A stretch of 64,000 bases of DNA, taken from assembly GCA_007376145.1 (NCBI GenBank), contig VMFP01000004.1, positions 6,988 to 70,987 on the forward strand, read 5' to 3'. Made by a program: the position numbers and the translations under genes. The stretch comes from Parcubacteria group bacterium Gr01-1014_38 (GTDB taxonomy: Bacteria; Patescibacteriota; Andersenbacteria; UBA10190; CAIZMI01). Positions 1-8,526 of this stretch are shown here, piece after piece. The notes beneath the pieces are model-generated. The model searched no databases, was not told the origin of the DNA, and saw only the letters and a program-made list of their open reading frames with translations. Positions within the stretch are counted from its first letter, which is position 1. Each line of letters starts with the position of its first letter.

Positions 1-1308
1 ATAGTTGGTAACCCGCCCTTCATTCGATATCAATACCTCCCAAAGGATTTTCAGCAAAGAGCAGAGGAAGTTTTTGAAAATTTGGATTTACCATTTACGA
101 AACATGCCAACGCTTGGGTACCTTTTGTTTTAGCTTCTATGGCTCTACTGCGCCCCGGTGGTCGTCTCGCAATGGTAGTGCCAGCCGAGATTATGCATAT
201 CACGCATGCTCAACCCCTAAGGTCTTATTTAGGAAAAGAATGCCGCAGACTAGTAATCGTTGATCCGGAGGAACTTTGGTTTAGCGATACACTTCAAGGC
301 GCTGTTCTTCTTCTTGCTGAAAAAAAAGGTAGTCCCGCAGACAAAGCGGAAGGTGTTGGTATTTACCCAGTTAAGCAAAAAGAATTTCTCAATACTGATC
401 CTGAAATTATTTTCTCTGCTCCTAAATCATTAAATGGCAGAACGATCGCTGGAAAATGGACTTATGCACTCTTGGATCGCTCTGCCCGTTCTTTGTTGGA
501 TAACCTATCTAAACATCCGAATGTGCATCATTTTAAGGATATTGCAGAAGTAGATGTTGGGATTGTTACAGGTGCAAATAACTATTTTCTCGTCTCCGAT
601 GAAACTGTGGAGGAATTCGGCTTATCAAAATGGGCTCATCCTATGTTCGGACGAAGCAAGCACTGCCCTGGAGTTATTTATGACGAGTATCAACACCGAA
701 TGAATAAAGAGGAGGGCAAGCCAGCAAATTTTATTTGGTTTTCGGATGATTCTGTGAGTAGATACGTTTCCGCTCAAAAATATATAGACTACGGAGAGGA
801 ACAAAATCTTCATACACGATATAAATGCCGAGTTCGTGATCCTTGGTATTCAGTCCCCTCCGTCTACACTACGGAAATCGGGATGCTCAAAAGATCGCAC
901 GATGCGCCAAGACTCATACTCAATAAAATTGGAGCTTTTACTACTGATACGGCTTACCGAATTAGTGCTCACGGCGTGGCTAATAAGCGCCTAGTGGGAT
1001 CTTTTATTAACTCTTTAACGGCACTAAGCGCTGAACTCGAGGGACGTCATTATGGAGGTGGAGTATTAGAGTTAGTGCCGTCCGAAATTGAGAAACTACT
1101 CATCCCATTACCGGAATTAGCAGTGAATCTTACAGAACTGGACAAGGATGTTAAAACTTTACCGATGGTGGATGTTTTAGAGCAACAGGATAAGAAAATT
1201 TTAAGCAGCTTAGGGCTGACAAAATCTGAGCAGAATCTACTAGTAAATAACTGGCAAAGACTCCACGACAGACGCCAGAGGGTTTCGAGCGATTCCGAAA
1301 TCGCTTAG
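1..1308 (+). CDS. Amino (N6A/N4C) DNA methyltransferase, Eco57I/TaqI-like, 5'-partial
   Basis: Frame is open from base 1: IVGNPPFIRYQ (catalytic NPPF motif IV), LLRPGGRLAMVVP, and a C-terminal TRD-like GIVTGANNYF ... GRHYGGGVLELVPSE. AT-richer than the rest of the window. Confidence 0.88.
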   Translation: MVGNPPFIRYQYLPKDFQQRAEEVFENLDLPFTKHANAWVPFVLASMALLRPGGRLAMVVPAEIMHITHAQPLRSYLGKECRRLVIVDPEELWFSDTLQGAVLLLAEKKGSPADKAEGVGIYPVKQKEFLNTDPEIIFSAPKSLNGRTIAGKWTYALLDRSARSLLDNLSKHPNVHHFKDIAEVDVGIVTGANNYFLVSDETVEEFGLSKWAHPMFGRSKHCPGVIYDEYQHRMNKEEGKPANFIWFSDDSVSRYVSAQKYIDYGEEQNLHTRYKCRVRDPWYSVPSVYTTEIGMLKRSHDAPRLILNKIGAFTTDTAYRISAHGVANKRLVGSFINSLTALSAELEGRHYGGGVLELVPSEIEKLLIPLPELAVNLTELDKDVKTLPMVDVLEQQDKKILSSLGLTKSEQNLLVNNWQRLHDRRQRVSSDSEIA

Positions 1309-2477
1309 TCAATCTCCAGTACAAATCGTCCCTGATCCGCCTCATCTCTATAGAGGGACAAGGTACGTCCGATCAAATCTGGACGTGAGACGTATTCGCG
1401 TATAGGACCCCAACTCAAGCGCGTCATAGCGTTTCGTTGCTGATATGTACGACTGTTCGTATCGGTGCTATGCCTAATTTGTAGTGGAAACTCTCCGTAA
1501 TATATTCCTTTGATAATTAACTGAAAACGAGCCTCCGCTTCCTCCACGCTAACCGTTGCGCGAGGGGTCCACTGAAGGTGGGCAAAAGCTGCATCGCGAA
1601 AGTAGTGTCTGTGATCTATCGCTTCATCTAAAAGACCTTTATCTAGGTTTATAGAACCAGTTGCGTGCGTGCCTCTCTCATGAGGAATATTAAGATCTCG
1701 CTCTGTTAAGGCCTTGCTTTGCCAGACAAGCTCAAGATTGGTTGCGGCTTGGGTTTGAGGTTGTCCTTGGGGAACGTGGCCAACAGCTCGGCGGATTACT
1801 GGTTCTGATCGTGCACGCCGTGACGCACGAGATAGTGGTATAACATCAAGCCGAATGCGTGAAATCGGGTCATTGGAGGGCCTTGATGCGGTAACCGCGG
1901 GGCGTGGAGGCAGAGTTTCCGCCTCGTCGAGTAGGCGGCCACTGTTTTGTAATCTATCCAGCTCTAATGCACCTCGAATTATGAAAATATGTTCAGGATA
2001 TCTTCCGGGTAATTCGGTAAACTGCTCCTGAATTTCGCTGACGAATTCGCGATCGGATTGTTCATCTAGATTCAAATCGAGAGCCAAACTAGCCTCGATG
2101 TTATTGTTCAGCCCGCCGAGGGTTAGATTAGCACTGCCAACAAGCAAGCGTGCGTGTTGCGCACCTCTTGATAAATATAGCTTCGGATGAAAAATAACAC
2201 CCCGCGCTCCAGTATCTACAACGTAAACTGAAACTCCCAGTTCTAATAATCGAGCGAGTCCTTGGCGAGAGGTTATATCATTTCGTATGCCCGAGAAAAC
2301 TTTTGTTTTTGATGCGAAAGGGCGCAGATTATTTTCAATAAGACGTACCCCGTCTTCGTTTATAAAAGCAACACTAAGAACAATCTCCTCAATATCTGGA
2401 ATCTCAATTACGTGTCTGATAGCATCAATGTGATTCCGAGTTGTAAATCCCTGAAAAATAAAATCTTTACTCGCCAT
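1305..2477 (-). CDS. Phospholipase D (HKD) family nuclease, BfiI/NgoFVII-like putative restriction endonuclease
   Basis: FHPKLY...GSANLT...NNIE is an HKD-nuclease signature. Start placed at ATG 2477 (MASKDF), 8 nt after the rpsI stop. Convergent with the MTase, 4 bp overlap. Confidence 0.8.
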   Translation of the reverse strand: MASKDFIFQGFTTRNHIDAIRHVIEIPDIEEIVLSVAFINEDGVRLIENNLRPFASKTKVFSGIRNDITSRQGLARLLELGVSVYVVDTGARGVIFHPKLYLSRGAQHARLLVGSANLTLGGLNNNIEASLALDLNLDEQSDREFVSEIQEQFTELPGRYPEHIFIIRGALELDRLQNSGRLLDEAETLPPRPAVTASRPSNDPISRIRLDVIPLSRASRRARSEPVIRRAVGHVPQGQPQTQAATNLELVWQSKALTERDLNIPHERGTHATGSINLDKGLLDEAIDHRHYFRDAAFAHLQWTPRATVSVEEAEARFQLIIKGIYYGEFPLQIRHSTDTNSRTYQQRNAMTRLSWGPIREYVSRPDLIGRTLSLYRDEADQGRFVLEID

Positions 2478-2485
2478 GCTATCGT

Positions 2486-2914
2486 TTACCGCTTCTGCCA
2501 CTGTGGCGCCCGGCGGGCGCGCTTGAGTCCAGGCTTTTTGCGTTCCTTTTCTCGCGGGTCGCGGGTGAGCATGTCGGTGTCGCGCAGCGGTTTGCGGAAG
2601 CCTTCTTCCTGCTTTTCGAGCGCACGGGCGATGCCGAGCTTCACGGCACCAGCCTGCGCGTGAATCCCTCCGCCGCTTACCCGTACCGACACATCGAATT
2701 TTCCCCAACTGCCGGTGATCTCAAACGGCTGGCGGACGGGAGTTTGGAGTGCGACGATCGGGAAATACTCCTCCCACGGTCGCTGATTAATAAGGAAGGT
2801 CGTGGCGTCCTTGTCCTTGCCGCCACCCAAACTTCCTGCCGGGAGGAGACGCACCCGAGCGACGGCGGTTTTCCGTCTCCCCACGCCTTCAACGTACCGA
2901 GCTTGGTCAGGCAT
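2486..2914 (-). CDS. rpsI: 30S ribosomal protein S9
   Basis: GRRKTAVARV, GGGIHAQAGA, LTRDPREKERKKPGLKRARRAPQWQKR. Confidence 0.98.
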   Translation of the reverse strand: MPDQARYVEGVGRRKTAVARVRLLPAGSLGGGKDKDATTFLINQRPWEEYFPIVALQTPVRQPFEITGSWGKFDVSVRVSGGGIHAQAGAVKLGIARALEKQEEGFRKPLRDTDMLTRDPREKERKKPGLKRARRAPQWQKR

Positions 2915-3341
2915 TGGCTCCTCCTTTCTGCGCCAGGTGTGGATGCTCCGCGCCTTGGTAGAGCTTTAAGCGAAGAATCATCCGATGGCGCAGGCGGTTC
3001 TTCGGGAGCATGTTCCAAATCGCGTCCCGCACGACGGTACGCGAGTCACGCTCGAGGCGTTTACGGAGCGAGAGAATTCGGACGGCGCCGGGCTTCCGCT
3101 GCGTGTGGCGCATATAGACTTTCGTCTCTCTTTTGGTTCCCGTGACGCGAACACGGTCGGTATTCGTGACGACCACGATGGCGCCCGTATCACGGTACGG
3201 GACCCACTGGGGATGATCTTTCCCGCGAAGGGCGATGGCAACCTCGGTCGCCAGGCGCCCGAGGACGTGTTCCTCCGCGTTGTAGAACCGCCAGGGACGG
3301 TGGGCCTCTGACGGTTGGCTCGTACGCTTGGGAGCAGTCAT
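2907..3341 (-). CDS. rplM: 50S ribosomal protein L13
   Basis: LGRLATEVAIALRGK, DTGAIVVVTN, MLPKNRL, HPH; start at ATG 3341. Confidence 0.97.
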   Translation of the reverse strand: MTAPKRTSQPSEAHRPWRFYNAEEHVLGRLATEVAIALRGKDHPQWVPYRDTGAIVVVTNTDRVRVTGTKRETKVYMRHTQRKPGAVRILSLRKRLERDSRTVVRDAIWNMLPKNRLRHRMILRLKLYQGAEHPHLAQKGGANA

Positions 3342-3345
3342 GAGA

Positions 3346-3696
3346 TTAGACGAACTCAATGAGGACTTGCGGTGCGTGATCACCACTACGGTGCGTCGGG
3401 AGTCGCGTCATGCGCGTATAGCCGCCCGGTCGGCTCCGGTACGCGTCGGCGCGTTTCAGGAGTAGCGCTGCCGCCTGGCGATTCCCGAGTGCCGCAATGA
3501 GACGTCGCCGGGACGTCAGAGTATTTGCTTTTGCGGTGGTCACGAGCGGCTCGACAAACTGCCGCACAAACTGGGCCCGTGCCGGCGTGGTGGCAATCTT
3601 TCCGTGCGTGATGAGGGCAATGCCCAGTTTCCGCGCGAGCGCTCGGCGCTCGGCAGGCGTGCGCGACAGGGTGAATTTCGCTCGACGGTGTCTCAT
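3346..3696 (-). CDS. rplQ: 50S ribosomal protein L17
   Basis: MRHR...LSRT, ITHGKIATT, RPGGYTR, GDHAP. Confidence 0.97.
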   Translation of the reverse strand: MRHRRAKFTLSRTPAERRALARKLGIALITHGKIATTPARAQFVRQFVEPLVTTAKANTLTSRRRLIAALGNRQAAALLLKRADAYRSRPGGYTRMTRLPTHRSGDHAPQVLIEFV

Positions 3697-4775
3697 CCGG
3701 CAGAGTGTTCCTCGCGGAGGCTCACGCCGAGTTTGGTCAGCCCGCTCTCAATCTCTTCCAAGGCCTTCTCGCCAAGCCCTGGAATGCCGAGCATCTGACT
3801 CCGCGTCTTCAACACGAGCCCAGCGACGGTTTTGATACCTTCCTTCTCCAGAAGGTTCTGAATCCGGGTCGCAATGGGGAGCTCCACCACACTGGTGAGC
3901 CTGGGATCCTTCGCGAGTTCCTCCGGCGCCCGCACCGCTCCTGCAACAGCGGTCTCCACGAGACGCGCGGGCGTTTCGATCTCGGTGAGCGGCGGCACCG
4001 ATTCTCCTGGCCCTGCGGTCACAGTCAGTCGGGGGGCGACCGGTGCCTCCTCAACTGGGAGAGCTTCCCGCCGCGTGGTGAGCCGCTCGTGGACGTCGGT
4101 TGCGAGTGCTCCGAAGTGATCCTGGAGAATGGACGCGGCAGCGGACAGGGCGTCACGCGGCGTCACCGTGCCATCGGTCCGGATCGTCATGATGAGTTTG
4201 TGGTACTCCGTGATCTGGCCGACTCGCACATTTTCCACACGGAAACTTACCCGCTCTACCGGCGTAAAAATGGCGTCCACCGCAATGGTCTCTAAGGCAC
4301 GCTCTTCGTTTTCGCGCAACTCGACCGGCACGTACCCCCGACCCTGCTCAGAGGTGAGCGTCATATCCAACGTTGCCTTGTCGTCGGTGAGGTGGGCAAT
4401 CACATGGTCCGGATTCGCGATCTCCACGTTCGCGACCTTCTCAATGTCCCCCGCGGTGACCGTCCGCGCACCGGTGGCTTTGATGCGGAGCTCTACCGGA
4501 GTGTCGGTATGCAGTTTGATCCGGATGCGCTTGATGTTGAGGAGAATGCTGACGAAATCTTCCGCCACACCGGGGAGTGTGGAGAACTCGTGCTCAATTC
4601 CCTCGCAGCGGACCGCGGTAATCGCCGCCCCGGGAAGCGAGGAGAGAAGGACGCGACGCAGTGCATTGCCAACCGTCGGTCCGTATCCAGGGAAGTACGG
4701 ACTGATTTCAAACGTTGCCTCGTTCCCTTCTTCCTTCATCAGGGTGATGGTGCTGGGGAGAAGAATTTTATCCAT
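3693..4775 (-). CDS. rpoA: DNA-directed RNA polymerase subunit alpha
   Basis: GYGPTVGNALRRVLLSSLPGAA, HEFST, GRGYVP, DAIFTPV, and alpha-CTD IPGLGEKALEEI. Confidence 0.98.
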   Translation of the reverse strand: MDKILLPSTITLMKEEGNEATFEISPYFPGYGPTVGNALRRVLLSSLPGAAITAVRCEGIEHEFSTLPGVAEDFVSILLNIKRIRIKLHTDTPVELRIKATGARTVTAGDIEKVANVEIANPDHVIAHLTDDKATLDMTLTSEQGRGYVPVELRENEERALETIAVDAIFTPVERVSFRVENVRVGQITEYHKLIMTIRTDGTVTPRDALSAAASILQDHFGALATDVHERLTTRREALPVEEAPVAPRLTVTAGPGESVPPLTEIETPARLVETAVAGAVRAPEELAKDPRLTSVVELPIATRIQNLLEKEGIKTVAGLVLKTRSQMLGIPGLGEKALEEIESGLTKLGVSLREEHSAG

Positions 4776-4805
4776 GGTCTACGTCAGGTTTTACGGGTAA
4801 ACGGG

Positions 4806-5429
4806 TTAGCGCGAGTAGAATTCTACGACCGCGCGGAGGTCTACCGGAATCTCGGCTGGATCTGGCCGCGGAACGTCAATGACCTTCCCCGTCCACGGAT
4901 CCTCCCGCTTCAGCCAAGAAGGAAGAGTTTTCGTCGCCGTCCGCTCCGCCAGGTTGGTGAAGATCGGCTTTCCACGCTTCGCTTCCTTAATCTGAATCAC
5001 GTCATTCACCTTCACCGGGTACGAGGGGAGGTCCACCCGCCGGCCGTTCACCGCCATGAGCCCGTGGTGGACGAGTTGGCGAGCATGGGCCTGCGAGTGT
5101 GCGAAGCCGAGGCGGTACACAATCCGATCCAAGCGGGATTCCAACCGGGTAATGAGCGCATCAGCGGTCACGCCGCGTTCTGAACGTGCCTCGCGGAAGT
5201 ACCGCTGCAATTGACGCTCGCGAATGTTGTAGATAGCGCGGAGTGCTTGCTTCTCTTTCAGCTGCGCTCCGTACTCCGTCGGTGCGCGGCGCCTCTGCCC
5301 ATGGATGCCGGGCGGGTACGGACGCTGCACAATTGGACACTTCGGCGTGAAGCATTTCTCTCCCTTGAGGAAGAGCTTCGCGCCGGCGAGGCGACAACGA
5401 GCACACACGTGATCAAAGGCAATAGCCAT
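4806..5429 (-). CDS. rpsD: 30S ribosomal protein S4 (Cys/Zn type)
   Basis: CARCR...KC...KC, PPGIHG, QLKEKQ, LESRLD, VVEFYSR. Confidence 0.98.
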   Translation of the reverse strand: MAIAFDHVCARCRLAGAKLFLKGEKCFTPKCPIVQRPYPPGIHGQRRRAPTEYGAQLKEKQALRAIYNIRERQLQRYFREARSERGVTADALITRLESRLDRIVYRLGFAHSQAHARQLVHHGLMAVNGRRVDLPSYPVKVNDVIQIKEAKRGKPIFTNLAERTATKTLPSWLKREDPWTGKVIDVPRPDPAEIPVDLRAVVEFYSR

Positions 5430-5441
5430 GGGAAAGTCCCG

Positions 5442-5888
5442 TTACACGCGACGCCGTCTCGGCGGTCGGCACCCGTTATGAGGAATGGGAGTGTTATCGC
5501 GGATGGAGGTGAGCACAAATCCACCGTGGGCGGCGAGTGTACGCACGGCCGATTCCCGTCCGCTCCCGATCCCGCGAATCACGACGGATGCTTCCTTCAC
5601 TTGGAATGGCTCGACGCGTTTCAGGAGATCGCGAACCACCTCGTTCGCAACGTACGGAGTCGACTTGCGTGCTCCTTGGTAGCCAATGCGACCGGCGCTG
5701 CTCCACGCAATGACCTTTCCCTCCGGGTCTGCAGCCGTCACGAGGGTGTTGTTGTACGTCGATTGAATGTGAATTTTGACCGTGGGAACCCGACGCCGTC
5801 CAACCTTTTTCTTACTCTCCTTGGCCGACGGTTGCTCCGCGGACGACGCAGACATCGTTGCTTCGGTGGCGGGGGTTTCCGCAGGCAT
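5442..5888 (-). CDS. rpsK: 30S ribosomal protein S11 with N-terminal extension (alternative start 5909)
   Basis: STYNNT, WSSAG, RKSTPY, TPIPHNGCRPP. Confidence 0.97.
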   Translation of the reverse strand: MPAETPATEATMSASSAEQPSAKESKKKVGRRRVPTVKIHIQSTYNNTLVTAADPEGKVIAWSSAGRIGYQGARKSTPYVANEVVRDLLKRVEPFQVKEASVVIRGIGSGRESAVRTLAAHGGFVLTSIRDNTPIPHNGCRPPRRRRV

Positions 5889-5908
5889 GGCTACCGCTCT
5901 TTGATGCA

Positions 5909-6301
5909 TTACTTCTTTTCCGGGGATGCGCGTCGGCCCGAACCTGCCGTCCGACGGATGTTCCCACGAACGGTCCGACTGTTCGTCCGCGTCCGCTGGC
6001 CGCGGACTGGCAGTCGCCGAATGTGCCGCAACCCGCGATAGCAGTGAATGTCCTTCAACCGTCGGATATTCTCGGTGACGTCACGCCGCAGCTCTCCCTC
6101 CACCGAGATACCGCGCTCGATACTCTCGCGGATGGCGCTTGCCTCTTTCTCTGTGAGATCCCGTACCTTCACCGACGGATCCACGCCGGCCTGGGCCAGG
6201 ATTTTCCCGCTCAGGCTTCGGCCAACGCCGTACAGGCGCGCCAAAGCAATTTCGACGCGCTTCTGATCCGGGAGAATCACACCGGCAATACGGATCGCCA
6301 T
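5909..6301 (-). CDS. rpsM: 30S ribosomal protein S13
   Basis: [29 protein letters not shown]. Confidence 0.98.
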   Translation of the reverse strand: MAIRIAGVILPDQKRVEIALARLYGVGRSLSGKILAQAGVDPSVKVRDLTEKEASAIRESIERGISVEGELRRDVTENIRRLKDIHCYRGLRHIRRLPVRGQRTRTNSRTVRGNIRRTAGSGRRASPEKK

Positions 6302-6308
6302 AGGTCTG

Positions 6309-6375
6309 CTCAGTACTGAGTTCCGAGTTCTCAGTGGGTTACTGAAAGACTCAAACCTCGCAACTCATGACTCAG
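6309..6375. repeat. Inverted arrays of degenerate 7-bp repeats between rpmJ and rpsM
   Basis: mRNA strand reads ctgagtc atgagtt gcgaggt ttgagtc tttcagt aacc cactgag aactcgg aactcag tactgag. Confidence 0.6.
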
Positions 6376-6393
6376 CGCTGCACTTGGCGGACA

Positions 6394-6510
6394 TTACCCC
6401 TGCCGCTGCTTGTGCTTCGGATTTGCCGGGCACACCACGAACAAGTGGCCTCGACGGCGGACTAATTTGCACTGCGCGCACCGGCGTTTTACGGAAGCAT
6501 GAACCTTCAT
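6394..6510 (-). CDS. rpmJ: 50S ribosomal protein L36 (not in the ORF track)
   Basis: Manual translation: [38 protein letters not shown]. Confidence 0.97.
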   Translation of the reverse strand: MKVHASVKRRCAQCKLVRRRGHLFVVCPANPKHKQRQG

Positions 6511-6620
6511 GAATGGTGTTCAAGATCCAAGGTCCGTGGTCACAGGACAGCCGCAGGGAGGCGGGATAAACAACCCTCGCCCGATGCTTGGGACCGCGTA
6601 CCTCGTTCCTTGATGGGTCG

Positions 6621-6845
6621 TTAGGAGCGTGCGTCGAGACGCTGGATGATTCTCCCGCGCGTGAGATCGTAGGGGGAGAGTTCGACGGTCACCCGGTCAC
6701 CGGGAAGGACTCGAATGCGGTGCACCCGCATGCGCCCGGAGATGTGCGCCAGCACTTCGTGTCCTCCCTCCGCTTCGACTCGGAACGTCGCGTTGGGAAG
6801 ATTCTCTTTCACGACCCCAGTCAGTTGGATCGTGTCCTTCGCCAC
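6621..6845 (-). CDS. infA: Translation initiation factor IF-1
   Basis: [35 protein letters not shown]. Confidence 0.98.
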   Translation of the reverse strand: MAKDTIQLTGVVKENLPNATFRVEAEGGHEVLAHISGRMRVHRIRVLPGDRVTVELSPYDLTRGRIIQRLDARS

Positions 6846-6976
6846 AACAGAACGTTCAGAACGTTAGAAACTCCTGCGGAGAAGCCCGCAGCACTTCCTG
6901 GGGTGGTACTTGGAAGTAGACCGACAGGAACATGCCCAAGTGCGTGCGGAGCAGGATCACAGACGCGTTAGGATAG

Positions 6977-7005
6977 AGCATACGAAAGTCGGAAAGCGCT
7001 GTCAA
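6977..7005 (-). promoter_or_regulatory. sigma70 promoter of the infA-rpsI operon
   Basis: TTGACA-17 bp-TATGCT on the minus strand. Confidence 0.8.
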
Positions 7006-7017
7006 GAGCAACGGTGA

Positions 7018-8526
7018 TCACGGTTGGGTTGCCACGTCGATGTGGATATTCCGGCGAAGCGAGGGAATGCGCTTGATCCAGACCGGCGAGAGACGAACCT
7101 CTGCGGTGCGCACGCCGGGAATCGCGCGGAGGAACGCGGCAGCATCATCCGCGGTTCTGCCTTGGAGCCGCTCACGCAGCTCATCGAAGTTGAGACGCGG
7201 GATCAGCGGGGTTTCTGAATGGAGCGAGAACTCGGTTCTCCCGTGGTCCCAGCGCACGTCGACGACCCGAAGGTCCTCAAAGGAGCTTTTCCGGACCGGA
7301 TCTTTCTCGTTCCCGATTCGCTGCTGAAGCAGATCGGTCAGAAATGCCTGGAGCGACGCAGCATCCGCGGTGAACGCCTCGCCGCGAACCGTGGTCCGAA
7401 TTCGGAAGGACTCTGCATCGGTCCCGACGGGGGGAGAGATTTCCGCCTCGCCAACGACCACGCGAGAAAGCTCCGGGCGCGAAAAGGACACCTGCTCCTG
7501 CCTCGAATGGGGCGTGGGCGCGGTACGCGCCTCACGTTGTATGAGTTCCAGGAGTTTGCGCTCGGCGTTCTCGCGAAGTGCGGTGGTACCCCGCTCAACG
7601 TCTGTGGTCGCGAGCTGGCGCACCAGCCGGTCAGTTCCGCCGTGCAGCGGACGCACGATTTCCCCGTAGAGAAGTCGACGGGATTCTGCCGGAAGCGCGG
7701 GTATGACGAGCCGCTGCGGGTCAAGATTTGCCTTGCTGCCTCCCTCCTCCGCCCGCACGGCAACCGACGCACGGCCCAAGGCTGGAACAATGACGTCGCG
7801 CTGCGTACGCACCACCACCCCCGACGTGCCCTGGAGCCGCGTGCGTGCTTTGATCCCCTGCTGGGCCGCCGTCTGGTTCACGATGTCGACCACGCCCTCG
7901 GCACGCGCTCCTTTCTCGACGGTGGTGTGAACGGGGAATTCCTCTTCGACTGCTTCCTCGATGCGGAGGAGGCGCGCGGGGTGTGTTCCGGTATCGCGTT
8001 GAGGTTCGCGCACACTCGCATCCAGTCGCAGGGTGAGATCAGCCGCAAATGGCTCGGTCGCGAGGACGAGACGGACGCGTGCCCGCGGCACCACGAACGT
8101 CACGACGCCGGTGAGAAGCATACCAGTGAGAACTGCGAAGACCGCCAGGGTCGCACGACCCCTCGGCGTCACGATGGGAAACCGCCGCCAGGGGAGCAAA
8201 GGGAGTTCACGGGGTCCTCCGGGGAGCAGGCGCCGCCTCCGGAAACTGGAAGAACCCGCCCGCTCCCGCGGCCCACGCTGATCAGCGCTGACCGTGGCGT
8301 GCCGTACTGCACGGTCAGCGAGCTGAAAGGTAATGTCCTTTCCAAAGTCTGCAGCGGTCGCTTGGAGGAGTCGGCGGACCAGCGGATCCGCCCGCAGAAC
8401 GGGATGTTGCCGGCAGTCGATTACGACGTGCGGGGCGGGAACTCGTTGGATCTTCTCCAGGATATCCGGCAGATCATCCGAGGCGGGGATGCGTAAGACG
8501 GGTGCCGTGCTCTGACTACTTGGCAT
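7018..8526 (-). CDS. Membrane-anchored baseplate J/gp47-like protein (CPR-type)
   Basis: N-terminal soluble domain, one TM, then VPRARVRL, KGARAEGVVDIVN, VAVRAEEGGSKAN, GGTD and a C-terminal LSPVWIKRIP. Family assigned from memory. Confidence 0.6.
   Translation of the reverse strand: MPSSQSTAPVLRIPASDDLPDILEKIQRVPAPHVVIDCRQHPVLRADPLVRRLLQATAADFGKDITFQLADRAVRHATVSADQRGPRERAGSSSFRRRRLLPGGPRELPLLPWRRFPIVTPRGRATLAVFAVLTGMLLTGVVTFVVPRARVRLVLATEPFAADLTLRLDASVREPQRDTGTHPARLLRIEEAVEEEFPVHTTVEKGARAEGVVDIVNQTAAQQGIKARTRLQGTSGVVVRTQRDVIVPALGRASVAVRAEEGGSKANLDPQRLVIPALPAESRRLLYGEIVRPLHGGTDRLVRQLATTDVERGTTALRENAERKLLELIQREARTAPTPHSRQEQVSFSRPELSRVVVGEAEISPPVGTDAESFRIRTTVRGEAFTADAASLQAFLTDLLQQRIGNEKDPVRKSSFEDLRVVDVRWDHGRTEFSLHSETPLIPRLNFDELRERLQGRTADDAAAFLRAIPGVRTAEVRLSPVWIKRIPSLRRNIHIDVATQP

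Noticed and set aside
2478-2708. N-terminal extension of the 467-aa PLD ORF
   Set aside because: It overlaps rpsI in another frame. The ATG at 2477 coincides with the composition shift and is the better start.
6872-6956. SRP RNA or tRNA in the infA leader
   Set aside because: It lacks the SRP domain IV GGAA loop motif and any cloverleaf or T-loop. No tRNA or rRNA was recognised anywhere in the window.
7018-8526. Prophage
   Set aside because: Only a baseplate-J-like gene with a TM segment; no other phage genes, and it is flanked by housekeeping genes.
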